A DNA stretch of 64,000 bases from Azolla caroliniana (lineage: Eukaryota; Plantae; Polypodiophyta), in assembly GCA_043228905.1 (NCBI GenBank), contig JBHGNT010000010.1, forward strand, positions 5,394,001-5,458,000, in the 5' to 3' direction. The position numbers and the translations under genes are program-made. How positions within the stretch are numbered: position 1 is the stretch's first letter; each line of letters starts with the position of its first letter. Below, piece after piece: positions 50,478-61,756 of the stretch. The notes beneath the pieces are model-generated. The model did no database searches. It was not told where the DNA came from and was given only the letters and a program-made list of their open reading frames with translations.

Positions 50478-52331
50478 TCAGCATGATAATTCTCTACGAA
50501 TGCCTTCAGCTTGGAGGTAGGAGGTGAACTCGTCGGAGAAGTACTCCTTTCCTCCGTCCGATCGTAGGCATCGAATGTGCCGACCGGTTTCTTTCTCCAC
50601 TTGGCTTTTGAGCCTTTGAAAGTGGGAGAGCACTTCACTCTTCTTCTTCATCGGGTATATCCACGCGTAGCGCGAGTGGTCGTCAATGAAGGTGACGTAG
50701 TAGCGGCATCCGCCGAGCGTCGGCGTTTGAGCCGGTCCCCATACGTCCGAGTGGATTATGTCAAGGAGGCCTTTGCTTGCGGAGCTCTCGTTCAGGTATG
50801 GGAGTCGATGTTGTTTGCTGAGTTGGCATGCTTCGCACACTCGGTCGACTCGTTTCGATTCGAAAGCCAGAAGTCCGATTACGACTCCCTTTGATTGCAT
50901 TCCGCGAAGCCGTTGGAGGTTTACGTGGCCGATTCGCTTGTGCCACAACTCGATGTTTGTCTCGGTCTTGAGACCTTTGGCATACATGGCCGATTTTACC
51001 TCGTTCGAGTCGAGGATGAACAAGCGACCGTCTCTCCGTCCCTTGGCTATGAGTCGACCGTCTTTCTCGATGAAGCAACCTTCATTGTTGAAGCGGACTT
51101 GCATGCCTTGCTCCACGATTTGGCCGACCGAGACCAAATTCTTTGTTATTGTGGGCACGTGCAAGACATTCTTGATGCATGTTTGCTCGCCTTCTTTCCC
51201 AAATGGGACATCACCGATGTGCCGAGTGGGATGCGGAGTGTCGTCTCCGGTCTCTATGTAGCTGGGTCGATCTGGTGTTTGCAAGTCGCGAAACCACTCT
51301 TGGTGCGACGTCATGTGGTGCGAGGCGCTAGAGTCTACGAACCACGTGTGTTTGGAGTTGGAGGTGCTTGCAGAGTTTGCGAGATCGGAGGCCATCATAG
51401 AGTTCGCTCTATGCCTCATCACGAAGAGTCCGCCGTAGTCCGCGTATTCCGCATTCGCGGCGTAATTTGTGAGTTGTTGGCTTGTTGAGGCCGACTCGCT
51501 TCGTCTTTTTCGGCACTCCTCTTCGCGATGGACAATTTTGCCGCAATAGTTGCACGTAGGTGGCTTCGTTTGCCGACCTTGTTTGGCACGGAAGCTCCCC
51601 CTTCTTGTGAAGGTTCCTCGATGGATTCCGTTTCCTTGCCGAAATTGTGAATTCCCTTCGAGGGATAGGTTGAATTGACCTCTTCCGCTTCGACCTCGTC
51701 TATGGGCACCATCTGTATCGGAGAAGAGCATTTGTCCTTCCAATGTGTTGGTCTTTGACTGAATGCGGTTTTCTTTGACCAATAGCATTGATTGGAGGTT
51801 GAAGAACAAGGGAGGGGTATCTCTCGCCAAGATTGCCGTTCTCAACGGGTTGAATCGTTGTGCGAGGCCGCCCAAGCATACTTGCACCATCTCGTCCTCG
51901 TCGATATTGACGTTGATGGAGCCAAGAGAGTTGCAAATGCTCTTGATCTTGGCGGTGGAGTCCGTCACGGACATTTCTTTTTGTCGTATGTTGTTCAACT
52001 CTTGCTGGAGTTGAAGCTTGCGCGCGGATGTGTCCGCGGTGAAAATCTTCTTGAGATTTTCCCACGCCTCTTTGGGCGTCTTGGCGTCACGAATGTGGCT
52101 AAGCATGTGTTCGTTTACACATGTTGCCAAGAAATACATTACCCGACTTGCACCTTGCTCCCATGTTGGGTAGTTGGCGTGTGTGGTTTCGGGTTTGTTT
52201 ACTTGTGCGCCGTTGATGTAGCTCCAATACCCTTGGCCGACAAGGTATTGATTCATCTTGTACTCCCAAGATGAATAGTTGCTTCGGTCTAGCTTTTCAC
52301 TAGGGAGTGAGCTTCCCATTTGTTTGTTCAT
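50478..52331 (-). CDS. Copia gag-protease-integrase polyprotein of element E, truncated by a stop
   Basis: MNKQMGSSLPSEKLDRSNYSSWEYKM, WFVDSSASHHMT, LWHKRIGH, CEACQ, HSDVWGP, LRSDGGKEY. Confidence 0.8.
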   Translation of the reverse strand: MNKQMGSSLPSEKLDRSNYSSWEYKMNQYLVGQGYWSYINGAQVNKPETTHANYPTWEQGASRVMYFLATCVNEHMLSHIRDAKTPKEAWENLKKIFTADTSARKLQLQQELNNIRQKEMSVTDSTAKIKSICNSLGSINVNIDEDEMVQVCLGGLAQRFNPLRTAILARDTPPLFFNLQSMLLVKENRIQSKTNTLEGQMLFSDTDGAHRRGRSGRGQFNLSLEGNSQFRQGNGIHRGTFTRRGSFRAKQGRQTKPPTCNYCGKIVHREEECRKRRSESASTSQQLTNYAANAEYADYGGLFVMRHRANSMMASDLANSASTSNSKHTWFVDSSASHHMTSHQEWFRDLQTPDRPSYIETGDDTPHPTRHIGDVPFGKEGEQTCIKNVLHVPTITKNLVSVGQIVEQGMQVRFNNEGCFIEKDGRLIAKGRRDGRLFILDSNEVKSAMYAKGLKTETNIELWHKRIGHVNLQRLRGMQSKGVVIGLLAFESKRVDRVCEACQLSKQHRLPYLNESSASKGLLDIIHSDVWGPAQTPTLGGCRYYVTFIDDHSRYAWIYPMKKKSEVLSHFQRLKSQVEKETGRHIRCLRSDGGKEYFSDEFTSYLQAEGIRRELSC

Positions 52332-54851
52332 GTTGATTGTTGTGTCTTCCGTTTTGTTTTTCTTCTCTTGGTCGCGTACACGTCCTTCGTAGCGGCACTA
52401 CGGTAGCGGATAACGAATAGCCGGGATTTGTCGTCGGCGTCTCGAACACACAATCACGAATAAGCGGTGGGCTTAGTGGATTTCCTAAACCACGCGCTCT
52501 GATACCATGTTAAGTAATTAGGTAATTAACTAGGGTTAATTAGAGACTAATTATATGGTTATGTTAAGCAGCGGAAGATTAGTATGATATGCGCGTGAGA
52601 GTGTGTGAGAGGAAGAGAGAGAGAGAGAGGAAGTTACACTTGAACATGAAGATAAATGGGGGATGATTGACTATATTGAAAAGTGTCATCAACATTCAAA
52701 AATACCCACAATGAGGTATATATACAACCCATGTGCAAAGGTGCACATGTGTGGGTAGAACATAGGTACTTATGTGTAAGTCCTACATTAAATGTACTAA
52801 GGAGTGGAGGATCTAGAATATCCCACTTAAGTACACGGTCCTATTTAAAGGCTTAAGGTCAACACATTAACTAGATTCGATCTAGGTAACTACTAAGTTA
52901 CATGTGTTGACTAACTAGATTAAACTAGTTGAGCTTGATATCTCAACAGTCTTCAACTAGAACTTCGTAGTTCTAGCATAGAACTTCTACAAAGCCGACT
53001 TTCTCTTCAACCGGATTGTTCCACCTTGTGCCTTCTTGGACCCGCCTCTCTGAACGGTCCGCCTCTTCCTTCCTTAGTCACACTCCGGATAAGCCATCTA
53101 GTACGAGTAGCTAGAATATGGCACCGCTTACAGAACCGATGCCCTTCTCTGCGCCTACCCGAATCCCTGCCGACACCCAATAGTGAATGGCCTTAGCGTT
53201 TCGGGCTACGGCCTCCTCCATTATCCTCTTCATGACGCCTCGTCCGGTGTTCAGCTCCTCCAAAGCTGCGCCCCGATTGATCCTTCGACCACGTTGGTCG
53301 GAACCAGGCCCAACTCGAGCCATCTTCTCATTTCTTCTGACCGAGTCAGGATCTCTTTAGGTCCCCTCCCGGTAGTCGGGTCGGGTTACATCATTCCAAG
53401 TCGTTCCAATCGCGCCGTTTGTCGAAATGGCTGTAGACTCTTTTAACCATTGCATAGTCAGTCGTGAGCCCTTCATCCGTCTCCAAGAGGAGACCCACCT
53501 TCTCGCAGTCGTGCAAGTCGATAAGCTTGACCAACAACAGGACATTGCTCGTATTGAGCACAGTCTGGTCTAGTGTCGAGTGTCGAGCGAATCGCTTCTC
53601 AAATTCCTGAAGAAGCTCACCAACATATTAAGGCCCTTGTCGGGGCTCTCAACTTAATCCATAAAATCTTTCCTCGACAACCGGAGCGAGTCATCGAAGA
53701 GGTACCTCTCAATGAGTCGTCCCTAGAAATCCGCCTAGTTACAACAGTGTGCTTGCACTTTGAGCACCTTGGTGTGGATGCTCGACGTAACTATCCAAGG
53801 GAATCTGGCCAGTCGTCTATTCTCCGGAATATCCCTCATCATTTCAGCCCTATAGGCCTCTAGGTAGCTCGTCGCATCTTTGCCATTGAAGCGGCCTCTC
53901 GCACTAACTATCGAGTCAATGGTTCTGTCGAGGGTGCTCATGCCCTCTCAAGCGTTCACCAGGCGATCGACGGCCACCGACATCACCTTTGCTAATTCAC
54001 TCCCACACATCTTCAGACTCCTTTCCCGTCCCTTTTCACGTCGGGTTCACCAAATATATCATGGATTTCCGTGTGGATGTGTAGAAACGGGACGGGACCA
54101 CCGGGGTCTTGAACCAAGGAGCCGGTAAGTGAAGAGAGATTATCCACATTAGTGTCGAGATATCTTCGTCGGAGTGCGTTCCGGACAAGTATCCAATACG
54201 GACCAGACTCCGGATGCCAGACGGTGAGCACACAGGCTCGGGACTTGGATAAACGCACAAGTAGATGGAAGCAAGATAGAGATGCAGGCTCGACACAGAG
54301 GAACAATCAGATACAATGAAAACAAAGTTAATTAAACAGAGAAAGAATACAACTGGACTCGGACGGTAACAGAGTTGCGCGCTCTCGAAACACACACACG
54401 TAGAACGATCAACCTTTAGTCGGGAGCACACGGGCTTCCTACCCAAGTAGAGGCCTCACCTCCCTCCCCGAATCATTACAGAGCGAAGACAAAGGGAAAG
54501 ATAGAGTTCCGGATCGCAAACTGACATCACTTCCTTCTCCAAAACGATGGATCCTTTCTCGGTGTTCTCTCTCTCCTTTTATAGTTAAAGGATAGAGAGA
54601 TTATTAGATCAGGTTGTTAAGACAGTTGCTTTCTCTCCGATTCTCTCCTCAATCTCCTCTCATCAATCTCCATTATTCCTCTACCCGTGTGGTCATAAAA
54701 GTACCTATCGAATCACTCCTACCTAGTTTTAATCAAGACTTAACTATTTACACATGTTTACACATAAAGACAAGTTCGTGTGCATACATGCAAATAGCCG
54801 TTCACGTGCGTCCGGCGAGGTTTCACTTTGTAGCCAGAATTTCCCACCACA

Positions 54852-54911
54852 ACGTGTTGTTGAACCGTGGATTGAGAACTTCATCATTAAAGAGCATGCA
54901 AGACAGGGAAT
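54852..54911 (+). repeat. tRNA-Ala array spacer remnant between G and F
   Basis: ACGTGTTGTTGAACCGTGGATTGAG...ATTAAAGAGCATGCAAGACAGGGAAT continues the monomer broken at 34821. Confidence 0.85.
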
Positions 54912-57900
54912 TGACGAGAATCAACGCTTCGATTCACCTTCTTCACTCGGCCACAACCGAGTAATCGCGGATCAATGCAGCAGAAAATAGGAACCACACG
55001 AAACAAACAAAAACGCGAGTACACAGGGATTAACGTGGAAAACCCAGACGGGAAAAACCACGGGAGTACAAGACTCCAACCCAACACTATACAGAGAAGT
55101 ATACAATGGCGAGCTGTAAGGCGACGACCTTGAGCTCGCTGTCCTCGCCACAGGCGGCGGAAATACACAGAGGCGTCTACCTCTTCCTCTCTCGCGCTCT
55201 ATCTCTCTCTCTCTCTCTCTCACGGCTGCTTACACTTCACTCCTCTTGAGTGGAAAAACAGAAAAATGAGAAGCAACAACAAAACTATTTGCCCTAAGTC
55301 ATATTTATACTTATATGACTTTGGGCTATTTACAACTGTAGCCTCAGGGGCCCATAGCGAACATATTCACGGATATGTCCCTGCATCCGGATCGCTCTCC
55401 GGGTACATTCGTCATCCGGTACCGAAACCGGGGTCTTCGTCATCCGGATCCGAAACCGAAACCGGGCTTGTCGGCATTCATCTCCGATATCCGACCATCC
55501 CATGCGAAGGGACCGTAATCCCAACAAACTCCCCCTTCACTTCGGCATGGGATGTCTCTCCAATCCGATCCTCTTTCGGCATGCTTCCAGCTTGTCGGGT
55601 GTGAGGACCTTGGTCAGCATATCCGACCCGTTCTCGTCCGTGTGGATCTTTGTCAGCATGAACTCCTTGTCTTCTATCCTTTCCCGGATCCAGTGATATC
55701 TTCGCTGGATGTGCTTCGTCCGGGAGTGATAGGCCGCGTTCTTCGCAAGGTGGATTGCACTCTGACTGTCGCAGTAGAGTCGGTACTCCTCCTGTCGGAT
55801 ACCGAGCTCTCTAATGAAGTCCTTCATCCATATTATTTCCTTGCCGGCTTCAACAGCCGCCATGTACTCCGCCTCCGTGGTTGACAGCGCAACCGTCTTC
55901 TGCAGCCTCGACTGCCATGAAACAGCTCCCCCTGCATACGTCATCACATACCCTGATGTGGACCGGCTGGTATCTGCATCAGCCGACATATCCGAATCGG
56001 TAAAGCCGTCGAGTTCGGGCTTTCCGGAGCCGAATCGGAGGCACACGTTTGCCGTGCCCTTCAGGTATCGGAGTATCCACTTGGCCGCGTTCCAATGCTC
56101 TTTGCCGGGATTGCTCATGTACCGGCTCACCACTCCGACTGCATATCCGATGTCCGGTCTCGTACACACCATGGCGTACATCAAGCTCCCGACGGCTGAG
56201 GCATACGGCACTTTCATCATATCCTCCTTTTCAGCCTTTGTCTTGGGACTTTGCTTGCTGGACAGCTTGCAGTTTGTCGGGAGGGTCGATCCGACCGGTC
56301 TTGCTTCCGACATGTTGAACCGTTTAAGCACCTTTGTCACGTACTTCTCTTGTGACAGCCACAACTGCTTCTTGCTCCGGTCCCGAATAATGTGCATCCC
56401 TAGTATTTGTCTCGCCGGACCCAAGTCCTTCATTGAGAAGGTTCGGTGAAGAGCCTTCTTCAGCATCCGTATCTTGACCTGGTCCCGTCCGACGATCAAC
56501 ATGTCGTCCACGTACAGAAGGAGTATTAGAAAGTCTCCTCCTTCGAACTTCTTCACAAACACGCAGTGGTCGGACTGCGTTTTGAGGTACCCTTCGTCGG
56601 TCATGAAGGAGTCGAACTTCCGGTACCATTGCCGGGGAGCCTGCTTCAGTCCGTAAAGGCTCTTCTTCAACCGGCATACCAGGTGCTCCTTCCCTTTCTT
56701 CTCGAATCCTTCCGGTTGCTGCATGTAGATCTCTTCATCGAGGTCGCCGTGAAGGAATGCCGTCTTCACGTCCATCTGTTCTACCTCGAGGTCCATGCTT
56801 GCCGCTATGCTCAGCACCGTCCGGATGGAGGTCATCTTCACTACCGGGGCAAATATCTCGTCGAAGTCGACGCCCTTCTTCTGCTGAAACCCCTTCACCA
56901 CGATCCTGGCTTTGTATCTCGGGGGTTTTCCGGCATCTCCCGGTTTCAGCTTGAACACCCACTTGTTTCGAAGTGCCCGCTTTCCTTTCGGCAACTCCAC
57001 AAGTTCATATGTGTGGTTCTCATGCAGGGAATCCATCTCGTCCTGCATGGCACTCAACCACCTGCGGCTCTGGGTGTCATGCTTCGCTTCCTCAAAGCTC
57101 TCCGGCTCCCCCTCGTCGGTTAGCAACACGTGCTCTGGTTCCGGAAATCTCCGGGGGGCCCTTCTCTCTCTTTGAGGGTATCTCCGTTTCGGAGCTTCGG
57201 TAACCGGTTCTTCCGATTCTTCTTCATCCGAATCCATTTCGGGATCGGGGCCGGTTCCGGTATCATTTTCGTCTTCTTCGGCCGGTTCGGTTTCTTCACC
57301 GTCTTCGGCCGGATCCTCGAGTGCTAACCGGTCCCTTGCCGGTCGGGACTGCTCCTCGTAGAGTTTATCCTCACCGGTCGACTTGGAGCTCTTCATCTTC
57401 TTCTCCGACTCCCAGTCGGCGAGTGTCTTGTCCTCCATGAAGATGATGTCTCGACTCCTGAATATCTTCTTGTCGACCGGGTCCCATACTCGGTAGCCGA
57501 ACTCGTCGTCACCATATCCGAGGAATATGCATGGCCGGGTCTTTGGATCTAGCTTTCCTCTCCGGTCCTTTGCCACATGCACGTATGCGAGACACCCGAA
57601 CACCTTCAGATGCCGGTAGGACACTTCCTTACCGGTCCACACTTTTTGCGGCGTGTCTCCGTCCAAAGGTACTGAGGGTGATCGGTTTATCACATATGTC
57701 GCCGTCGACATTGCCTCAGCCCAAAACCCCTTGGGTAATTTCGCATGCGCCAGCATACTCCGAACCCTCTCCATTATGGTCCGGTTCATCCTCTCGGCCA
57801 GCCCGTTCAGTTCCGGCGTCTTCGGCACAGTAAACTCGAGCCGGATTCCCTTCGAGCGACAGTACTCCTGGAACTGCCCTCGGTATTCCCCTCCGTTATC

Positions 57901-60256
57901 CGCTCGTATCGCTTTCAGCTTCTTGCCGGATTCCCTTTCCACTCTCGTGTGGAGTTCTTTGAAGACGCACAACACTTGGTCCTTTGTCTTCAACGGTGCC
58001 GCCCACAGTCTTCGGCTGTGATCATCTATGAAAGTTACGAAGTACTGGGCTCCGCCATGTGACTTCGTTTCTACCTGACACACGTCGGTGTGCACCAACT
58101 CCAATGGTGCGCTACGTCTCGTCGGTGGCCTTGAGTGGAAGGAGGTTCGGTTCTGCTTACCGGCCAGGCAGTCAGTGCACTTCTCCAGGTGCACATGCTT
58201 CACCGGAATAAGGTTGTCTTCTGCAAGCCTCTTCATCCCCTTCTCACTCATGTGGCACAGTCTTTTGTGCCACAGCTCACCGGCAGTGTCGGCTGCCACA
58301 TTCAGCTCTTCCGGACATAACCGGGCATTCATCAGGTACAGTGTGTTGACCTTCCGGGCCCGAGCCACTATCAAGCTCCCCTTGCTGAACTTCATGACAC
58401 CGTTCCGGATGCTACCCGTGTAGCCTTCATCATCTAGCCTCCCGGCCGAAATCAGGTTCAGTCGGACCTCCGGAACGTGTCGGACATTCTTCAGCAGCAT
58501 TTTGCATCCGGTCGGGGTTGTCAACCACACGTCTCCTATGCCGTCAATCCGGCACGTACCTTCGTTTCCCATCCGAACACAGCCATGCTCGCCGGCTGTG
58601 TAGGATGAGAAGTATCTTCTCTCCGGGGTCAGGTGGAACGATGCTCCGGAATCGACCACCCAGGTCGTCTCATCGCCGGCAATGTTTAGTTCACCTTCTT
58701 CGGTGATGAGCATGATCTCCTCTTCACTTGCCGCGAGTGCCGTCGTTCCTTTCCGGTCCTGTCCTCGCCGATCCGAACCATTCCGGTCCGTGGCTCCCCG
58801 GTATGCACCGTTTCTCTCCGGTGACTTCTTCGAATCGGTGTTGTCGGTTCCATTGTCTTTTCGGTAATGCCGACAATTCTTTCGGAAGTGCCCCGGCTTC
58901 CCACAGTGGAAGCATGTGGGCCTTCCTCTTGACTGCGACCGGGTCCCCGACTTCTCCCGTCTTTGCGGACTCCGGTTCCATTGTCTTCCCCGATCCGATT
59001 CGGTAAACAACATCTTCGGGTCGGAGGCCGGTTCCTTATCTCTCCGACGCGCTTCTTCATTCAAAATACTTGTCTTTACCGTTTGTAAGGACAAGTTATC
59101 TTCGGTGCAGGAGGTGCTGAGAGTCACCACCAAGTTCTCCCAGCTTTCTGGCAATGTACACATCAGGATGATGGCTTGCATTGCATCCTCCAACGGGAAC
59201 TTAATCGCCGCAAGCTGGTTCACGAATCCCATGAACGTGCTTACGTGTTCAACCATACTCTCGCCGTCCCGGTACTTGAGGTTCACTATCTTCCTCATCA
59301 GGGAGGTCCGGTTCAACGCATTCTTCCTCTCGTAGAGGCCCGACAGCTTCTTCCACATCTCATGTGCGTTGGTGTCGTTCGCCACATGTTGTAGGACGCT
59401 TACATCGACATATTGTCGGATCGTCGCTACGGCTTTCCGGTTCAGGAGCTTCCACTCCGACTCAAGTACCCCCTTCGGTATTTCCGACCTGTCAATCGGT
59501 TCGTACAGGTCCCGAACAATCAGAAGATCCTCCATCTTGATCTTCCAGTCGGCGTAACTCTGTGCATTCAGCACCATCATCCCCGGCTGCCCGCTGCCGC
59601 CGCCTTCCATTTTCTGCAACAGTCGCTCTGATACCAGTTTGACGAGAATCAACGCTTCGATTCACCTTCTTCACTCGGCCACAACCGAGTAATCGCGGAT
59701 CAATGCAGCAGAAAATAGGAACCACACGAAACAAACAAAAACGCGAGTACACAGGGATTAACGTGGAAAACCCAGACGGGAAAAACCACGGGAGTACAAG
59801 ACTCCAACCCAACACTATACAGAGAAGTATACAATGGCGAGCTGCAAGGCGACGACCTTGAGCTCGTTGTCCTCGCCACAGGCGGCGGAAATACACAGAG
59901 GCGTCTACCTCTTCCTCTCTTGCGCTCTATCTCTCTCTCTCTCTCTCTCTCACGGCTGCTTACACTTCACTCCTCTTGAGTGGAAAAACAGAAAAATGAG
60001 AAGCAACAACAAAACTATTTGCCCTAAGTCATATTTATACTTATATGACTTTGGGCTATTTACAACTGTAGCCTCAGGGGCCCATAGCGAACATATTCAC
60101 GGATATGTCCCTGCATCCGGATCGCTCTCCGGGTACATTCGTCATCCGGTACCGAAACCGGGGTCTTCGTCATCCGGATCCGAAACCGAAACCGGGCTTG
60201 TCGGCATTCATCTCCGATATCCGACCATCCCATGCGAAGGGACCGTAATCCCAACA
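54912..60256 (-). mobile_element. Ty1/copia element F, full length and apparently intact (Tnt1/Tork-like)
   Basis: LTRs 54912..55526 and 59640..60256 differ by about 3 substitutions plus a CT-repeat length change; TSD GGAAT; PBS TGGTATCAGAGC; PPT GAAGGGGGAG. Confidence 0.97.
55537..59610 (-). CDS. Intact copia Gag-Pol polyprotein, ~1357 aa
   Basis: One uninterrupted ORF from the ATG at 59610: CFHCGKPGHFRKNC, VVDSGAS, HTDVC..ADNGGEY..NGLAERMN, LYVDDML, RNase H DSD/TEAEY/CDSQSA. Confidence 0.95.
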   Translation of the reverse strand: MEGGGSGQPGMMVLNAQSYADWKIKMEDLLIVRDLYEPIDRSEIPKGVLESEWKLLNRKAVATIRQYVDVSVLQHVANDTNAHEMWKKLSGLYERKNALNRTSLMRKIVNLKYRDGESMVEHVSTFMGFVNQLAAIKFPLEDAMQAIILMCTLPESWENLVVTLSTSCTEDNLSLQTVKTSILNEEARRRDKEPASDPKMLFTESDRGRQWNRSPQRREKSGTRSQSRGRPTCFHCGKPGHFRKNCRHYRKDNGTDNTDSKKSPERNGAYRGATDRNGSDRRGQDRKGTTALAASEEEIMLITEEGELNIAGDETTWVVDSGASFHLTPERRYFSSYTAGEHGCVRMGNEGTCRIDGIGDVWLTTPTGCKMLLKNVRHVPEVRLNLISAGRLDDEGYTGSIRNGVMKFSKGSLIVARARKVNTLYLMNARLCPEELNVAADTAGELWHKRLCHMSEKGMKRLAEDNLIPVKHVHLEKCTDCLAGKQNRTSFHSRPPTRRSAPLELVHTDVCQVETKSHGGAQYFVTFIDDHSRRLWAAPLKTKDQVLCVFKELHTRVERESGKKLKAIRADNGGEYRGQFQEYCRSKGIRLEFTVPKTPELNGLAERMNRTIMERVRSMLAHAKLPKGFWAEAMSTATYVINRSPSVPLDGDTPQKVWTGKEVSYRHLKVFGCLAYVHVAKDRRGKLDPKTRPCIFLGYGDDEFGYRVWDPVDKKIFRSRDIIFMEDKTLADWESEKKMKSSKSTGEDKLYEEQSRPARDRLALEDPAEDGEETEPAEEDENDTGTGPDPEMDSDEEESEEPVTEAPKRRYPQRERRAPRRFPEPEHVLLTDEGEPESFEEAKHDTQSRRWLSAMQDEMDSLHENHTYELVELPKGKRALRNKWVFKLKPGDAGKPPRYKARIVVKGFQQKKGVDFDEIFAPVVKMTSIRTVLSIAASMDLEVEQMDVKTAFLHGDLDEEIYMQQPEGFEKKGKEHLVCRLKKSLYGLKQAPRQWYRKFDSFMTDEGYLKTQSDHCVFVKKFEGGDFLILLLYVDDMLIVGRDQVKIRMLKKALHRTFSMKDLGPARQILGMHIIRDRSKKQLWLSQEKYVTKVLKRFNMSEARPVGSTLPTNCKLSSKQSPKTKAEKEDMMKVPYASAVGSLMYAMVCTRPDIGYAVGVVSRYMSNPGKEHWNAAKWILRYLKGTANVCLRFGSGKPELDGFTDSDMSADADTSRSTSGYVMTYAGGAVSWQSRLQKTVALSTTEAEYMAAVEAGKEIIWMKDFIRELGIRQEEYRLYCDSQSAIHLAKNAAYHSRTKHIQRRYHWIRERIEDKEFMLTKIHTDENGSDMLTKVLTPDKLEACRKRIGLERHPMPK

Positions 60257-60543
60257 GGAATGTAGCTTAAATGGTAGAGCGCTTGCTTTGCATGTGAGAG
60301 GTATGGGGATTGATACCCCACTTCTCCAATTATGTTACCCAACTTCGCATTGGAGCATAATGATCATGGACATATTGGATCCATCTTATATGCATATTGG
60401 AGCATAATGACCTTGGACATATCGCATTCTCCCATTTTCATGAATATAATCTATCTTATATGCATATTGGATCATAATGACCTTGGACATATCAGATCCT
60501 CCATTCATTTTCATGAATATCATCCATCTTATATGCATATTGG
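60257..60543 (+). repeat. tRNA-Ala array, continuation with ~48-bp subrepeats
   Basis: GGAATGTAGCTTAAATGGTAGAGCGCTTGCTTTGCATGTGAGAGG... followed by repeated TTGGAGCATAATGACCTTGGACATATC. Confidence 0.85.
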
Positions 60544-61363
60544 TGTTGGGAGACAGGTTCCTCCGGATGGGAAGGGAGAAGAACAGTGCCGACGAACAAA
60601 CTCGGCTACGGAGAGCCAGATGGTGCAGACCCGGTGAGAACCGGATGAGGAGTACCCGGCTACGGAGAGCCGGATGAGGAGTACCTGGCTACGGAGAGCC
60701 GGATGGTGCAGACCCGGTGAGAACCGTATGAGGAGTACCCGGCTACGGAGAGCCGGATGATACAAGCCCGGTGTGAACCACATGAGTAGTACCCGGCTAC
60801 GGAGAGCCGGATGGTGCAGGCCCGGTGTGAACCAGATGAGGAGTACCCGGCTACGGAGAGCCGGATGGTGCAGAACCGGTATGAACCGGAGGAAGAGACA
60901 TATTCGTAAATATGTTTCTGAGAGCCCATTGTGACTACATTTGTAAATAGCCAAAAAGTCATATTAGTATAAATATGACTTAGGGCAAACCTTTAGTAAT
61001 TGTTAGTTGCTGTTTTTTTTTTTTCCCTTGTTGGTGCAAGAAGAAGAGAGAGCGCGTAACTGTACAGAGAGAGAGAGAGAGAGAGAACGAGGTCGTTGCC
61101 TCTGTTGTAACCGCCACCTGTGGCGAAGATCGTGAGTCCGAGGTCGTTGCCTCCGTGTACTCACTGTTTTGTACATTCATACATAGTGACAGTTTGCAGC
61201 CTGTGGGCTGCCGTGGTTTTTCCCCTAGTTTGGGGTTTTCCACGTTAACCTCCTGTGTACCATTTCTCTTCTTTGTGTCGTGTTCTATTTCCCGTTTTCT
61301 GTGTATGAAAAGAATCTCGGTTGTGGCCGAGTCTTGCACATAAGGAACGACAAGTTCCCGTCA
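60544..61363 (+). mobile_element. Solo LTR of the B/F/J copia family
   Basis: TGTTGGGAGACAGG...TTCCCGTCA; TSD ATTGG; 54-bp internal repeats. Confidence 0.92.
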
Positions 61364-61756
61364 ATTGGAACATAATGACCTTTCATGAATATAACCGGTT
61401 CTCCAATTGTGCAGGGATCGATACCCCGCTTCTCCAATTGTGTTACCCCACTTCGCATTAGAGCATAATGATAATCAACATACCGGATCCATCTTATATG
61501 TATATTGGAGCATAATGACCTTCGACATATCGTATCCTCCTTTCATTTTCATGAATATAACCGCTTCTTCAATTGTGCGGGGATCGATACCCCGCTTCTC
61601 CAATTGTGTTACTCCACTTTGCATTGGAGGATAATGATCATCGACATATCCAATCTATCTTATATGCATATTGGAGCATAATGACCATGGACATATTGGA
61701 TCCTCCTTTCATTTTCATGAATATAACCACTTCTTCCATCGTGTTACCTTGATACG
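61364..61756 (+). repeat. tRNA-Ala array, rearranged block (tRNA 3' halves plus subrepeats)
   Basis: GGGATCGATACCCCGCTTCTCCAATTGTG at ~61414 and ~61579, with GGAGCATAATGA subrepeats. Confidence 0.8.

Larger units (their letters stand above)
47682..52948 (-). mobile_element. Ty1/copia element E (same lineage as A), with RT/RNase H deleted, nested in G
   Basis: 5' LTR 52508..52948, 3' LTR remnant 47682..47738; TSD GTCTT; PBS TGGTATCAGAGC; ORF 50478..52331 encodes gag-protease-integrase. Confidence 0.9.
34822..54851 (-). mobile_element. Ty3/gypsy element G, old and degenerate, tRNA-Trp PBS, hosting several nested insertions
   Basis: 3' LTR 34822..~36895 (interrupted), 5' LTR ~54056..54851; TSD ACGT in the array spacer; PBS TGGTGAACCCGACGTGAA (minus strand, ~54034-54051); PPT complement TCCACCCTCACC. 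Remnants in gypsy order: gag ~53100-54000, protease IDHRSE ~47250, RT FLDD ~45550, RNase H ~44650-45260, integrase ~37070-38020. Confidence 0.88.

Noticed and set aside
55552-59631. Many plus-strand ORFs opposite the F polyprotein (likewise opposite B, A and E)
   Set aside because: Antisense shadows of GC-rich coding sequence.
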